Source: Okamejei kenojei
Lineage: Eukaryota
Assembly (NCBI GenBank): GCA_035221665.1
Contig: CM069147.1
Coordinates: 20,708,001-20,772,000, forward strand
DNA: 64,000 nt
Direction of reading: 5' to 3'
Shown here: positions 28,001-41,227 of the stretch, piece by piece
Position numbering within the stretch: the stretch's first letter is position 1
Layout of the letters: the number at the start of each line of letters is the position of its first letter
Position numbers and translations under genes: made by a program
Notes under the pieces: generated by a model
What the model saw: the letters and a program-made list of their open reading frames with translations, nothing else
The model's database searches: none
What the model was told of the DNA's origin: nothing

Positions 28001-30419
28001 GGTAGTTGCAATTGTTGCGGGACGCTTGGTTGATAGGGTTCATGGGGCGTCTCCTGTCGGAGTAAACCTGGGTCATGGGACGTCTGTTAAACGAGTAATC
28101 CCGCTGTCTAACAAGACCTGTCTGATGTATGGTTTTGTTCTCCTGGGGGTCAGAGAGAACAACAAATTCTGTGGTGCGACACGCGTGCACCGCTTCATCC
28201 AACGTGAGATCAACCTTCCTTAGAAGCTCGGATTTAGACTTCCGGTGGCGCTAATGGTGGAGTAGGGTGAGTGCCAACTAGCTCCACGTGAAAAAAACGA
28301 GGAAAAAAACCGGAACTAAATATAGAACTGACCTGCAGAAATCGCTCCGGCAGCCTGTGTGACATCATCAGACCGCGACTGGAGTCCTAATGTCAGTAGC
28401 ACGCTCCCCCACAAAGGAACCGACTAGAAAAACTACAAGAGGAAAACAACTGAAGGAGGAAGTAGGCCAGTCTGAAGCCTCGGGCTCAGTTTTAACATCG
28501 TCCCAGGAGGACGTCTCAGTGGCCCAGAAGATGTACATAAAGAAAAGTGAAATGCATGAACTTCGTAACAGCATTACAATGGAAATTGCAAGTATAAAAG
28601 AAGAATTGATATGTTTTAAAAACAAATTGAATATTAAAGAAATTTTGAAAAGTCTTAAGACAGACATTAAAGAAGATTACTTAGAGTTTGAAAATAAAAT
28701 GACTAATCTTGTGCGTACGAAACTGACTAACATGAAGAAGGAAATGTCAGCAAATTTCGACACAAATTAATGAAGTATACGAGAAAATTAAGTCGAATGA
28801 AACCAACACTAATAATAATCTGGAAGCGACCTTCACTACAATACAGCAACAAATGGAGAAACAGGCTGACGCCATAACTCATCTGGAAGTAACAACTGAG
28901 ACACTCCTTGCCGAGAACAAACGTTTATCAGATTTACTGCTTAAAGTAACTGAAAAATGCATTGACTTGGAGGGCCGTCAGAGAAGACAGAATCTGCGAA
29001 TCGTGGGCGTTCTTGAGGGTAAAGAAGGAAATTAAGATCTCCGTGACTTTGCTGCAGACTTTTTTAAAAAAAGTCTTGAATTTAGACCAAAAGCCCTTAA
29101 TAGGGCGGGCACACAGAGTTCTTGGACGTTGCTCGGACTCGAACGCCCCCCCCCCCACCCCCCCTAGGCAGCTGATAGTGAAGGTCCAATACGATTACGT
29201 GATGGAGGATATCATGAAAAAATTGCTGGCACAAGAAATCTTATGTTTGATGGAGAGAAATTAAGCATATTTCGAGATTACCCTGCAGAGGTGGTCAGAA
29301 GGAAAGCGTTATTCAATGAGACAAGAGGGATTCTAAAGAAGATAGACAACTTGAAATATGGATTGCTGTACCCCGCAAGACGGCGAGTCACTTATCTGCA
29401 GAAGGAACATTTTTTCACTGATCACAAGAAAGCACTGGCGTATGCCCAGAAGATTGTGGGTTCGAGAGAGGATTGAATAACTTACATATAATACTATCAT
29501 CTTGCTGAGAACAAATGGAACTTTAATTCATTATATTCAAGGACTATTGAAAGCGGATAACGACAAGCGTGCTGTCCCTCCTGTTATGGACATATTATAT
29601 TTTAAATATTTAGTACTAATTTTTACTAACAATTACTAATCATCAAAAACACATTATTATTGGAATAATTAGTTAAAAACATGATATGTTAAATATAAAA
29701 AAACCAACAAATATAAAGTGATAATTTAGATATCTTATTAATAGGAATTTGTGATGTTCACCCTTTATCTACATTAGACTAACACTTGATTAATAACTAA
29801 CTAAGAGAGTAATAGTCTCGCACTATATGATTACCAATACTCTGGACCAAAATAGGTTTAATATAATCCCGTAAATTACTCATATTCAAATTTTTTTTGT
29901 AAGCATGGAGCTAAGAATCATTTTTTTTAAATCTACGGAAGTCTTTAGATGGACAGCCATGTTAGTGTGGCTAGCACTAACTACATTAAATTTAGATGTA
30001 GTTTCTTCTTTCTTTTCACATTTTATTAATTTTCTATTTTTTTACATTTTGTATTTTTTACTTAATCACTATATTAAACTTGAATTTATTTACAAATATT
30101 ATTTGTGGAGATGTGTCTATGAGGAGGATTTATTTGAATTAGATTTACAACTCGTCTGTCCTGTGTTTGGGTGGAAGGTTGGGTCTACGTTGCTGACCTA
30201 TCTGCTCTTTTATAGACCACCCTAAAAGCAAGATGCAAGACGTAAATAGAAAAAACGGGGATCAAGGAATTACGTATTGTAGTTGGAATGTCAAGGGAGT
30301 TAATGAGCCAATCAAGAGAGGTAAGGTATTAGCACACTTAAAATCACTCAAAGCAGATATAACGTTTCTTCAAGAGACTCACCTTAAAAAAAGCCGCACA
30401 ACATAGATTGAAAGCAAAA

Positions 30420-31877
30420 TAGAAACATAGAAACATAGAAATTAGGTGCAGGAGTAGGCCATTCAGCCCTTCAATATGATCATGGCTGATCATCCAACTC
30501 AGTATCCCGTACCTGCCTTCTCTCCATACCCTCTGATCCCCTTAGCCACAAGGGCCACATCCAACTCACTCTTAAATATAGCCAATGAACTGGCCTCAAC
30601 TACCCTCTGTGGCAGAGAGTTCCAGAGACTCACCACTCTCTGTGTGAAGAAAGTCTTTCTCATCTCGGTCTTAAAGGATTTCCCCCTTATCCTTAAGCTG
30701 TGACCCCTTGTCCTGGACTTCCCAACATCGGGAACAATCTTCCTGCATCTAGCCTGTCCAACCCTTAAGAATTTTGTAAGTTTCTATAAGATCCCCTCTT
30801 AATCTCCTAAATTCCAGAGAGTATAAACCGAGTCTATCCAGTCTTTCTTCATAAGACAGTCCTGACATCCCAGGAATCAGTCTGGTGAACCTTCTCTGCA
30901 CTCCCTCTATGGCAATAATGTCCTTCCTCAGATTTGGAGACCAAAACTGCACGCAATACTCCAGGTGTGGTCTCACCAAGACCCTGTACAACTGAAGTAG
31001 AACCTCCCTGCTCCTGTACTCAAATCCTTTTGCTATGAAAGCTAAATACCATTCGCTTTTTTCACTGCCTGCTGCACCTGCATGCCTACTTTCAATGACT
31101 GGTGTACCATGACACCCAGGTCTCGCTGCATCTCCCCTTTTCCTAATCGGCCACCATTTAAATAATAGTCTGCTTTCCTGTTTTTGCCACCAAAGTGGAT
31201 AACCTCACATTTATCCACATTATACTGCATCTGCCAAACATTTGCCCACTCACCCAGCCTATCCAAGTCACCTTGCAGTCTCCTAGCATCCTCCTCACAG
31301 CGAACACTGCCCCCCAGCTTAGTGTCATCCGCAAACTTGGAGATATTGCCTTCAATTCCCTCATCCAGATCATTAATATATATTGTAAATAGCTGGGGTC
31401 CCAGCACTGAGCCCTGCGGTACCCCACTAGTTACTGCGTGCCATTGTGAAAAGGACCCGTTTACTCCTACTCTTTGCTTCCTGTTTGCCAGCCAGTTCTC
31501 TATCCACATCAATACTGAACCCCTAATACCGTATGCTTTAAGTTTGTATACTAATCTCTTATGTGGGACCTTGTCGAAAGCCTTCTGGAAGTCCAGATAT
31601 ACCACATCCACTGGTTCTCCCTTATCCACGCTACTAGTTACATCCTTGAAAAATTCCACAAGATTCGTCAGACATGATTTACCTTTTGTAAATCCATGCT
31701 GACTTTGTCCAATGATTTCACCACTTTCCAAATGTGCTGCTATCCCATCTTTAATAACTGACTCTAGCAGTTTCCCCACTACCGATGTTAGACTAACTGG
31801 TCTGTAATTCCCCGTTTTCTCTCTCCCTCCCTCTTAAAAAGAGGGGTTACATTTGCTACCCGCCAATCCTCAGGAAC
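30420..31877 (-). mobile_element. Young CR1 LINE inserted in the L1 endonuclease
   Basis: ORFs 31042..31779 and 30749..30991; tail (catagaaa)n at 30420-30441; same subfamily as the copies at 10509 and 62478. Confidence 0.93.
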
Positions 31878-34800
31878 AAGAAAATGGATCGCTGATACAT
31901 ATCACTCTTCATTTTCCCATAAGGCCAGAGGTGTCGCAATTTTAATTCGTAAAGGTATATCTTTTAAACACATATCAACTATAGCGGACATCAATGGTAG
32001 ATATATTATACTAGTGGGTGAATTATATTTTTAAAAAAGCGATTTTTCTCAATGTTTATGGACCAAATTTTGATAATCCAATGTTTTTTAAGAATATACT
32101 TAATACTATCCAGGAGCTCACACAACATAATTTGATAATTGGTGGAGATTTAAATTGTACATTAGATTCCTATCTCGATAGATCAACAAGACAAAGAAAA
32201 TCAAAATCCAAAACAAGTGAATTATTAAACTCATATATTAATACCACCAATATCAAGGATGTTTGGAGAATTGAAAATCCATCCGGAAGGGAATACTCAT
32301 TTTACTCTTCAGTACATAAAACTTATTCAAGGATAGACTACTTTTTAGTAGATTCTAAACTCATCCCATTTACTTATAATTCGAAATATCATAATATTAT
32401 AATTTTGGATCATGCTCCTTTAACATTCATGATCAAACTAAGTGGTATGACTGACAAGCAGATACAATGGAGACTTAATCCTCAAATTTTAAATGATAAA
32501 GCATGTTATGAATATCTTATCAAACAGATAAATATGTTTTCTGAGACAAATGACTACCCTGAAATTTCTGCCTCCTTTCTTTGGGAAACATTTAAAGCAT
32601 TTATACGAGGAGTGTTAATCTTCGCACAAGCCTTTCATAATAAAGAGAACCGCGCCAAACAACTGGTATTCGAAATGGAAATAAGGCAATTAGATATGGA
32701 AAATGCAATCACGCCTTCTATAATAATACATTATAAAATTGCTGTACTCAAATATAAGTTAAACCAAATATACTCAGACCAATTCATAAAATTTTATCAA
32801 AAGACTAAACAGTTACATTTTCAATTTGGTGATAAACCACAAAAATTACTGGCACGCCAACTCTGGAAACAGGAAGGGGAAAAAACAATATATAAAATTA
32901 AATCAGATACGGGAGAATTATTAACACTACCCAAGGATATTAATGATAGATTCTTTCAATATTATCAAACACTTTATTCAACCAAAATGGCATGGGGTTC
33001 TGTAGGAATGGTATTATTCTTACAGAATTGTAACCTTACTGGTTTAGATTTGAAAGAGAGGGAATTATTAGGGGCCGAAATATCAGTAAAAGATATTGAG
33101 GAATCTATTAATTCTTTAAAAAATGGAAAGACCGCTGGACCAGATGGTTTAAATAGTGAATTTTATAAAAAATTTAATGACTTGATCTCGCCACGCCTAC
33201 AGACATTATACACTCAAGCATTCATGCAACAGAAACTCCCAGAAACTTTAAATGAATCAACTATAATACTTATTCCAAAAACGGATAAGGACCTTGAAGA
33301 TCCATGTTCATATAGAGCAATTGCTCTATTAAACATCGATCAGAACATTTTAACCAAAATTTTAGCACATAGATTAAGCTTAGTGATATATAAATTAATA
33401 CACCCCGATCAAACGGGCTTTATTCCAAATCGTTATTCATATTATAATCTGAGACGATTATTCAACATTATATACTCAATTAGAATAGCTAATGAAGACT
33501 TAGCAGTCATCTCGCTAGACGCTGAGAAAGCATTCGATCAAATTGAATGGCCCTATTTATTTTCGGTGATGGAAAAATTTCAATGAGGTGAGAAGTTTTG
33601 TACATGGGTTAAGCTTTTATATACCAATCCAACAACCAGAATAATGACAAATCAAATGTTATCAACAAAAATTGATTTATCTAAAGGTTGTAGACAAGGA
33701 TGCCCGTTATCACTGTTACTATTCGCCCTTGTTATATTACCACTAGCAGAAAGAATTCGAGCTCATCCAGAAATATATGGGTATAATACTAAAAATACAG
33801 TTAATAAAATTTCTCTATATGCAGATGATGTATTACTATATATTACAAATCCAGAAATTAACATCCCTAACCTGTTAAATCTTATAACTCAATTTGGTTT
33901 ATTCTCGGGATATAGATTCAACTGGAAGAAGAGTGAGATTATGCCAATAATGGAACCTAATTTATATATATTGCAACAATCACCTTTTAAAATAGTGAAT
34001 GAAAAATCTAAATACTTAGGAATCTATGTGACCAAGAAATATACTTCTTTATTTAAATCAAATTTCGTGCCTTTACTTAATAAATTGCATAAGAATATTC
34101 AATATTGGAAAACGCTTCCTATTTCAATGCTCGATAAAATTAATGCAATTAAAATGATTTTCCTTCCTCAACTTCTATACCTCTTCCAATCAATTCCAAT
34201 ATACCTCCCTAAAAATTTATTTTTAAAAATCTATTGTAACAAGTTTTATTTAGAATTATAAGAATCACAGAATAAGTAAAAAACACTTATGTAAATCTAA
34301 GACGAATGGAGGATTAATCTTACCAAATTTCTTATTTTATTTCTGGGCAGTCAATGTCAAAAACTTACATTTCTGGTTGGATCAACAACCAGACTGGTTA
34401 AAGATGGAAAAGGAAGATTGTCTGCCATTTGAAATTGGCCCGATTTTCCTAACCCCTACAAAATTGAATAAAAAGATCTATAGTGAAAATCCAATAATAC
34501 ATAGCGGTATTTGAATTTGGAAACAAATAAAAAAGACATTAAAATCACTTTCACTCCCTATTGCAAATAACCCTTCATTTAAGCCTTCGGTATTGGATAA
34601 AGGCTTTACACAATGGAAAAACTATGGAATTAAAAAGATGGGACATCTTTATAGAAAAGGTGTGTTTCTCTCGTTTCTGGATGTACAACAGAATTTTACT
34701 TTGGAGTCACGTGAGTGACAACGTGAAGAACCCTGTACAGCCATTCGTGCATCATTACGTCAGACGCTTTCGTGCAGACGACTGTGGAGCAGTGCAGCTC

Positions 34801-35409
34801 CTCCAACGGTAAGTCTAAAAAGGTTTCAGGTAAGTGCTATTTGTTACCTGTTCTAGGTTTCCTTCAGGAACCTCCGGGGTTCTTGTGGGATGGTCGCAAG
34901 GCCGACGAGTGAACCAGCCTAGGGCTTTGGGGGGAAAACCCTGCTCCGACCACAGGAGTGGGGAGCTGGCGAATGTCGGGTTTGCGATCGGAGTCACTGA
35001 TAACGTGGTCAGTGACTCCACATGTTGGGTTCCCGGGGAAGGGATACCTGAGAATAGTGCGGTTCTAGACCGCAGTAGTCCCTAGGGGATGGGGCTTAAC
35101 TGACCTGAATGGTCAGCCTGGGTTCCAGGTGGACGGGAATCTCAAGTGTATGTGGTTCCCAGACCTCAGTAGTCCCCAAGAAATGGGGTTTAATTCACGT
35201 AAATGAGTAGCCCGGGTGCCCGGGGATTGATTCCCGGGGAGGGGAAATTCACTTATGGGGTTCCCTAACCACAATAATCCCCGGGATATGGGGACAGCTG
35301 ACAAAATAGTCAGAGTAATTAAGAAAGATTTGGTTGGTTCACCTCTGGGAATGAATTTAGAGAAACTCCTTTAGGCAGGAGGTGGATCAGTAGTAAAGTT
35401 TATTGCAAT

Positions 35410-35750
35410 GGCAGCCTATGGCAGAGGCTGAGCCAGCAGCACCTTTTGGAAGGGCTGCATCATGGGAATGCCAAGTTATGGCAGGCTAGCCTATAGGAGA
35501 GGCTGTGCCGGCAGTACCTTTGTTCAAGGACTGCTCATGGGGATGCCAAGCTGTGGCAGGCTAGCCTATTGGAGAGGTTATGCCAGCAGCACCTTTGCTC
35601 AGGGCTGCTTCATTAGATCGCCAAATCTATGGCAAATACTGGCATATGGGAAAGGCCGCGCCAGCAGCACCTTTCTTCAGGGCTGCCCGAAACGTCGCCT
35701 ATATGGGCACCAGCTCCAGTACCTTCTTCAGGGCTGCTTAATGGGAATAG
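35410..35750 (+). repeat. Imperfect ~60-bp tandem repeats inside the DIRS-like element
   Basis: Recurring gcctat.g..gagg...gccagcagcacctt...cagggctgc units. Confidence 0.6.
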
Positions 35751-38217
35751 CTGTTTAGTAGGGTATTCCCATTTACAGTGATCATGGGGGATGAGGGGTC
35801 ATTGTTAGGATAAGGCAATATAACAGAATCTGTTAAGTCTTAAACTATATTTGAGAAATTGGGCTCCTCCATCCAGCTAGATTAAGTCTATCAAATAGAC
35901 TTGTAGGATGTTGGGATTCACTTTTAGGTATTCAATTGGCTGTGATGCCGGCCTGGGCAACAGATGGCAGTCAATAAACTCTGGTAACAGGTTTACTAGT
36001 TGTTAGATTAATTGTTAATAGTATAGATGTGATTCAGCTGTGCAGGTAAGACAACTTATCTTGTTAAATGGTTAACTATTAACTGCCTTATAGGTCATTG
36101 TTAACACACCTTGTTTCTCCAGGTGAAATTAATAAAGTCACAAGGATAGACAAACAGTATCCATTACTGCTCCAGTTGTTGTTAAGTAAATCTTGAATTA
36201 TATTACAAAATGGTGCTAATGACCCTAAATAGGAAATTGTGTCAGCAGTGCTTTTTAGCAGGCCTGCTTAAGGTCTCCCTCATGTAGGAGGAGAGCATGC
36301 TACGTCAGTATTATTGTGATGCTGGGGCAATGGCAAAGTCAGCATATTGCTGAAGCTGCGCCAGCAGCACCTTATATCAGTGCTGCTTAATGGCTTCCTC
36401 ATGTAAGAGGAGAGCATGTGGGATCAGTATAGTCTAATGCTGAGTCTGAGGGTATAGCCATAGAGCATGCCCAAGGGATTCAGGGCATATGCCCAGAGGA
36501 CTATGCCTGGCCAGAAAGTTACCATCCCAAACACATATGCAGTGAATACCGCTCTAAGGGGGACATTACAGTTGGTCGTCGAATCTTCTATTCAGGTAAG
36601 GCCTTTCCATAGGCAAAACCTGGAGGACAAAGCACAAGCAATTGGAATGAGCAAGGTTTCATAGTTTTGGTGATAATGCACCCCACGTCTTTATTGGCAG
36701 TAAGCGGTGCACTGAAGTTGGTGGCAGCATGAAGGCTGGCCAGAGGTTCCACGCACTGTACCTGTGCTACTCTACAATTAAGGGACCACTTACAGCTTGG
36801 TAAGGTGTACACTTAGTTATACATTACAAATGATTGAGACATTATCAACTATTTTGAGGGGTCTAATCATGTAAAATGGTCTGTTCTAGCTTTTCAAGCA
36901 GGTTAGAATTGCACGGGTTCAGTAGAAGGACCACGATTGTCTTACAAGACCGGTTTGGAAATCGGGCCACAGTTGCTGTTTACGGCAGATACCAAGTTGC
37001 AAATATCATCTCGAGTTTGGAGGTGGAGCAGATTTGCATGATTTGCAAAAAATGTCTGTTGTGGGTATCAACTATCTGTAGACCCTACGGGCATCGTATG
37101 GGTTAAAGAGTGATTGGACAAATGTGCATATTGTGATGCTCAGGTTGATACATTATGATGATGGCATATGTTAGTCAAGTGGGTGCAATCAGTTAAAGAC
37201 CCATGGAATGGTTACATTTCTTGTTGTCACAGGAGAATCATCAAGTATAGGTTAAAGGCAACACAGAATTGGTGTTGAATAACACTATATTATGAAATTC
37301 TGGTTAATGGAACACCTAACATGGTTTCATGTTTATTTCACTGGTTGCAAAATATGTGGCATTGCAGTGGCGAAACATATATTTCATAAATATATATGGA
37401 GCAGGACTTTTATGGCTCCCCCCATTTTATTTATCAATTGAGGTTTCAAATAAAGTAATTAAGAGGCCACTTAAGGTTCCTATTGAGTGATTATGCAAAT
37501 TGATTCCTGATTTGTCGCGAATAATATAACCTTATTTGGTTATTTTAAACGTAATTTGCTGGTTCAGCCTGAGGCTTGGGAAATCAGTTGTTGCATGTTA
37601 AACTCAAATTATGTTCTGCAGGTTTATAAACTTCCCTAAGGTTTGGGTTGTTACATCTATCCTTCTATGTGTTTGCATAGCACCAAACTGCAGAATTTTC
37701 TTTTCCAGGAGATGAAAGAGTTTGTTATGCTTATGTTCCATGGAAAATGTTATTGATTGCTAATGTTTCGAGTTCATGCTAAATGATTGTTTGTTAATTA
37801 TGGAGTTATACGGCCATTAATTGGGTTATCAAGCGGTAGGATATCTTCAACATAGGTCCAAGGACCAATATAATGCCATATGCGATGTTGACATTTCTGA
37901 ACACTATTTCACCAGGAGGCTGCAGCTATATCCTTAAATTTGGCTGGAGTTTATTAGGTCATTATCCTTCTGGCACTGGTTTAGTGCAGCAGGTTCAGTC
38001 GCTACATAATTGTGATGGTACAGGATGATAACGTCTGTAAATTATAATATATAATAATATGTTACAAATACTTGAGCAGACCAGAAGGGGGTCAGGTCTC
38101 AAAATAGTCACAGGCATACCAGGGGACCTCTGATAAGGTAAGCACACATATATACAACAATATGTCAAGGTCATCAAGAGCCTTGGAGTTCTGGACTACC
38201 AATGTTGTTAGTCACAA

Positions 38218-38386
38218 TAAATGAATAAATGCATAAATGCATAAATGCATAAATGCATAAATACATAAATGCATAAATGCATAAATGCATAAATGCATAA
38301 ATACATAAATGCATAAATACATAAATAAATGCATAAATGCATAAATAAATACATAAATAAATACATAAATAAATAAATACATAAAT
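38218..38386 (+). repeat. Microsatellite (ATAAATGC/ATAAATAC)n
   Basis: About 20 octamer/tetramer units read directly from the sequence. Confidence 0.95.
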
Positions 38387-41146
38387 TATTTGGGAGAACT
38401 TATTGTTCAGGCCATTCCAGATGAGAAAAACAGAGTTGTGTTATGTACTAATGGATTCTGATTCCAGATCTTATTACACCAGGGCTGCTACAACATCAGC
38501 ACCAAGGGTATTTATGTTCCACTGGGTCGCATTGTTACGGCTGCAGCATGGTCCAACAAACAAATCTACAATCATCTGTAATGACCCATTGCTGAACCAG
38601 GGTTATTTGTTAACTCTATTTATGTTCTGGTTATATTTTCCATCTGGGTGAGAGATGGAAATATTATTGTTTCATTTAAACAGCATCAGCATGTTTTACA
38701 TCTGTGTTATGACTGTATGCATTATGAATGTTTTCCCTTCATTTGTCAATGAAGCAGGTGTGGTTGTGTACACTCGTTTCACATGGCATGATATCACAGA
38801 GCTTTGAAGTCTTCACGTAGTCACTCATGTGACTCCGAATTAAAATAGTAAGATTAAACGAGAACTTACCAGTTTGAAGTTTGATCTTTATTTTATGAGC
38901 AGTCGAGTTGAGGGACTACGTGCCCTCCGCTCCCAGCCCTCATAGATCTCATCTGGTAGTTCTAGGCTTTGTTATCTTACCATTATACTTCAGTCATTAT
39001 TATCTGTGATTTCACACCGTTGCTTTGAAGATTGATGCACGAACGGCTGTATGGGGTTCTTCACGTAGTCCCTCAACTCGACTCCTCATAAAATAAAGAT
39101 CAAACTTCAAACTGGTAAGTTCTCATTTAATCTTACTATTATGGATTACATTCAAATATTTGTTTTAGATTAGATTGAAAGATTATGTTAAATCACATAC
39201 ACAAGAATACAGAATTAGAGAGCCAGAGATTCTAGATGAATGTTTGAATAAACATCTCAACACAGTCAAATTAATATATATTTATAATATTCTGTTAGAT
39301 TGCGGGAATCCGTCGACGGAATTGCATAGACAAGCATGGGAAAATGAATTAGTTCAACCCATAACAAAATATATTTGGAATGAAAGTCTACTACATATAC
39401 ATACAATTTAAAATATTACACAGATTGCATTATTCTAAAACAAAATTAAATAGAATTTTTCCTTATATCTCTCCTATCTGCGATAAATGTCAATACTCTG
39501 AGGCTAATTTAACCCATACCTTTGTAAATTGCATAAAAATTAAAACATTTTGGGTGGATATTTTTAAAATTATTTCCATAGCGGTTAATATTCAACTGGA
39601 TCCCAATCCTAAATTAATAATATTGGGCATATCTGAACAATATCTAAAACTGACAATAAACCAAAGAAATTTCCTAGATTATAGTATAATAACTGGGAAA
39701 AAAACTAATATTAAAATTTTGGAAAAACTCTGCATCCCCTACAATTAAAATGTGGATTATGGAGATGTCGGAGACCTTAAATCTGGAAAAAATTAGATTT
39801 GTCTTAATTGACAAACCAGAATTATTTATTAGAATATGGTCGCCATTCATAGATTATTTGAAGGGGTAGAATGGGCCAGCGCTGAGGCTTGACGGAAGCT
39901 TGAACCCAGGACTAGACGAATAGTTTTGTTTTCTTACCTACGGACCTATCTCCTAAGTTGTATTATGGATAGTTTATTTTATCTTTCTAAGTTTTTTTTT
40001 TCCTTTTTCTTTATTTTTTGTTCTATCTATTAAAAATAATAATAATAATTAGAGTCAATGTTAATATGTAAAGTGATAAATGTAGACTCCTGCTACATTG
40101 GTAGTGGAGTCCTTGGAATCCTGAATATTTAATATGTAACCGTTTAACAAAGTTTGTAATGGTTTGGGCTAGGATATGTACATTCCTCTAATAAAAGTTA
40201 ACTATATTAAAAAAAAGAAGCTCAGATTTGAGCTTGAGATCACTTATTCCATTCAACAAAATGTCTAGAGTCAACTCGTCAGTCAGCTCTTCAGCAGACA
40301 ACTGCTAAAACCTACACCACTGAGCAAGGTACAATACATCTGCTATAAACATGTCAGCTTGCTCTTCTGGGAGCTGTCGTCGAGAAAAAAAACTTGGCAC
40401 GGTTCAGGATATGGTTGGATGGGAGATCGCATATCTGGCTAAATTTACGCAGTAACAAATTATAATCGTCAGGAGACTCCGCTGGAGCTATTACCTGGTC
40501 GTTGTCACCAAGAACCGCAGGGGCATATCTGAAGGTTCTGGAGCAAGGTAGAGCTTCTGGCCCAGCAAGATTGAGTAAAAGGGAGGCCTTTACAGCATCG
40601 GGGTCAGTCCGGTGTGCAACATTGATGAAGTGTCAGTAGTCTATTACAAAGGTGGCCCAGCGTTCGCTGATATCAGCATCAAATATTAGAGGGTCGGGTG
40701 AGAAATAAAAACTCAGTAAACAAGTCAAAACCGTTGAACTGTTTGGATCCCACTTCTACACCATGTAGATTATGTGCAACTGATCGCAATAGATCATTAG
40801 ATCAAACATAACTTTAATCACTGTTGTACAAGCACAGCATAGGAAGCTGTCAGCCGACAGGACCTCATGCAGCAACTGACTGACTGCAGGAGGAGGGGAG
40901 TGCTGTTATAGCTCTGGTGATGGGTGGAGTTAGTAAAGCTAGCAACATATGGTTAGTGGGTAAACAGCATCAATCTACAAGATCCGACTGTTTAGTCCAA
41001 AAATCCCGCTCATTTCGTGACTTCCGCTTAGTGGTCCGATCGCTGTGTGTGTCCCCGTCTGTCCCCATTCGGCCCACTATGTCCTTACTAGTCCTCTGGA
41101 AACCAGTCCCTTTTCAACACGCATGCTAGCGCTCCAGAAAGTCTCC

Positions 41147-41161
41147 TCCCCCCCCCCCCCC

Positions 41162-41225
<64 letters not shown>
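41147..41225 (+). repeat. Poly-C tract (~79 bp, one interruption) inside the Helitron
   Basis: Read directly from the sequence. Confidence 0.95.

Positions 41226-41227
<2 letters not shown>

Larger units (their letters stand above)
34694..39140 (+). mobile_element. Non-autonomous DIRS-like element with intact ITRs/ICR and a decayed interior
   Basis: 5' ttttactttggagtcacgtgagtgac; ICR 38810-38922; right ITR 39034-39140; YR ghost YTRAATTS (ORF 38403); removal restores L1 cagaattatgga. Confidence 0.85.
28236..40215 (+). mobile_element. Full-length L1-clade LINE (ORF1 28390-29476; ORF2 ~30230-39870, interrupted)
   Basis: 5' gacttccgg, 3' poly(A), 14-bp TSD agaagctc(g/a)gattt (28222-28235 and 40216-40229); ORF1 LEGRQRRQNLRIVG and IFRDYP; endonuclease SWNVKG...QETH, GGDLN, RIDYF; RT SLDAEKAFD, GCRQGCPLS, YADD; C-terminal CDKC...H...C. 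Confidence 0.92.
22912..40979 (-). mobile_element. Gypsy LTR retrotransposon with two 216-bp LTRs (22912-23127, 40764-40979)
   Basis: TG...CA LTRs, TSD aggtc/agatc, PBS tggtgtagaagtgggat (tRNA-Leu-like) at 40745-40763, PPT at 23128-23140; CNYCRKMNHYASVC, LDTGA, RT IIDDIL, RNase H CDASKFGLGA, integrase remnants at 25060-28235. Confidence 0.92.

Noticed and set aside
35410-35750. Repeat-spacer-like pattern resembling a CRISPR array
   Set aside because: Eukaryotic context, degenerate tandem units without unique spacers, inside a DIRS element, no cas genes
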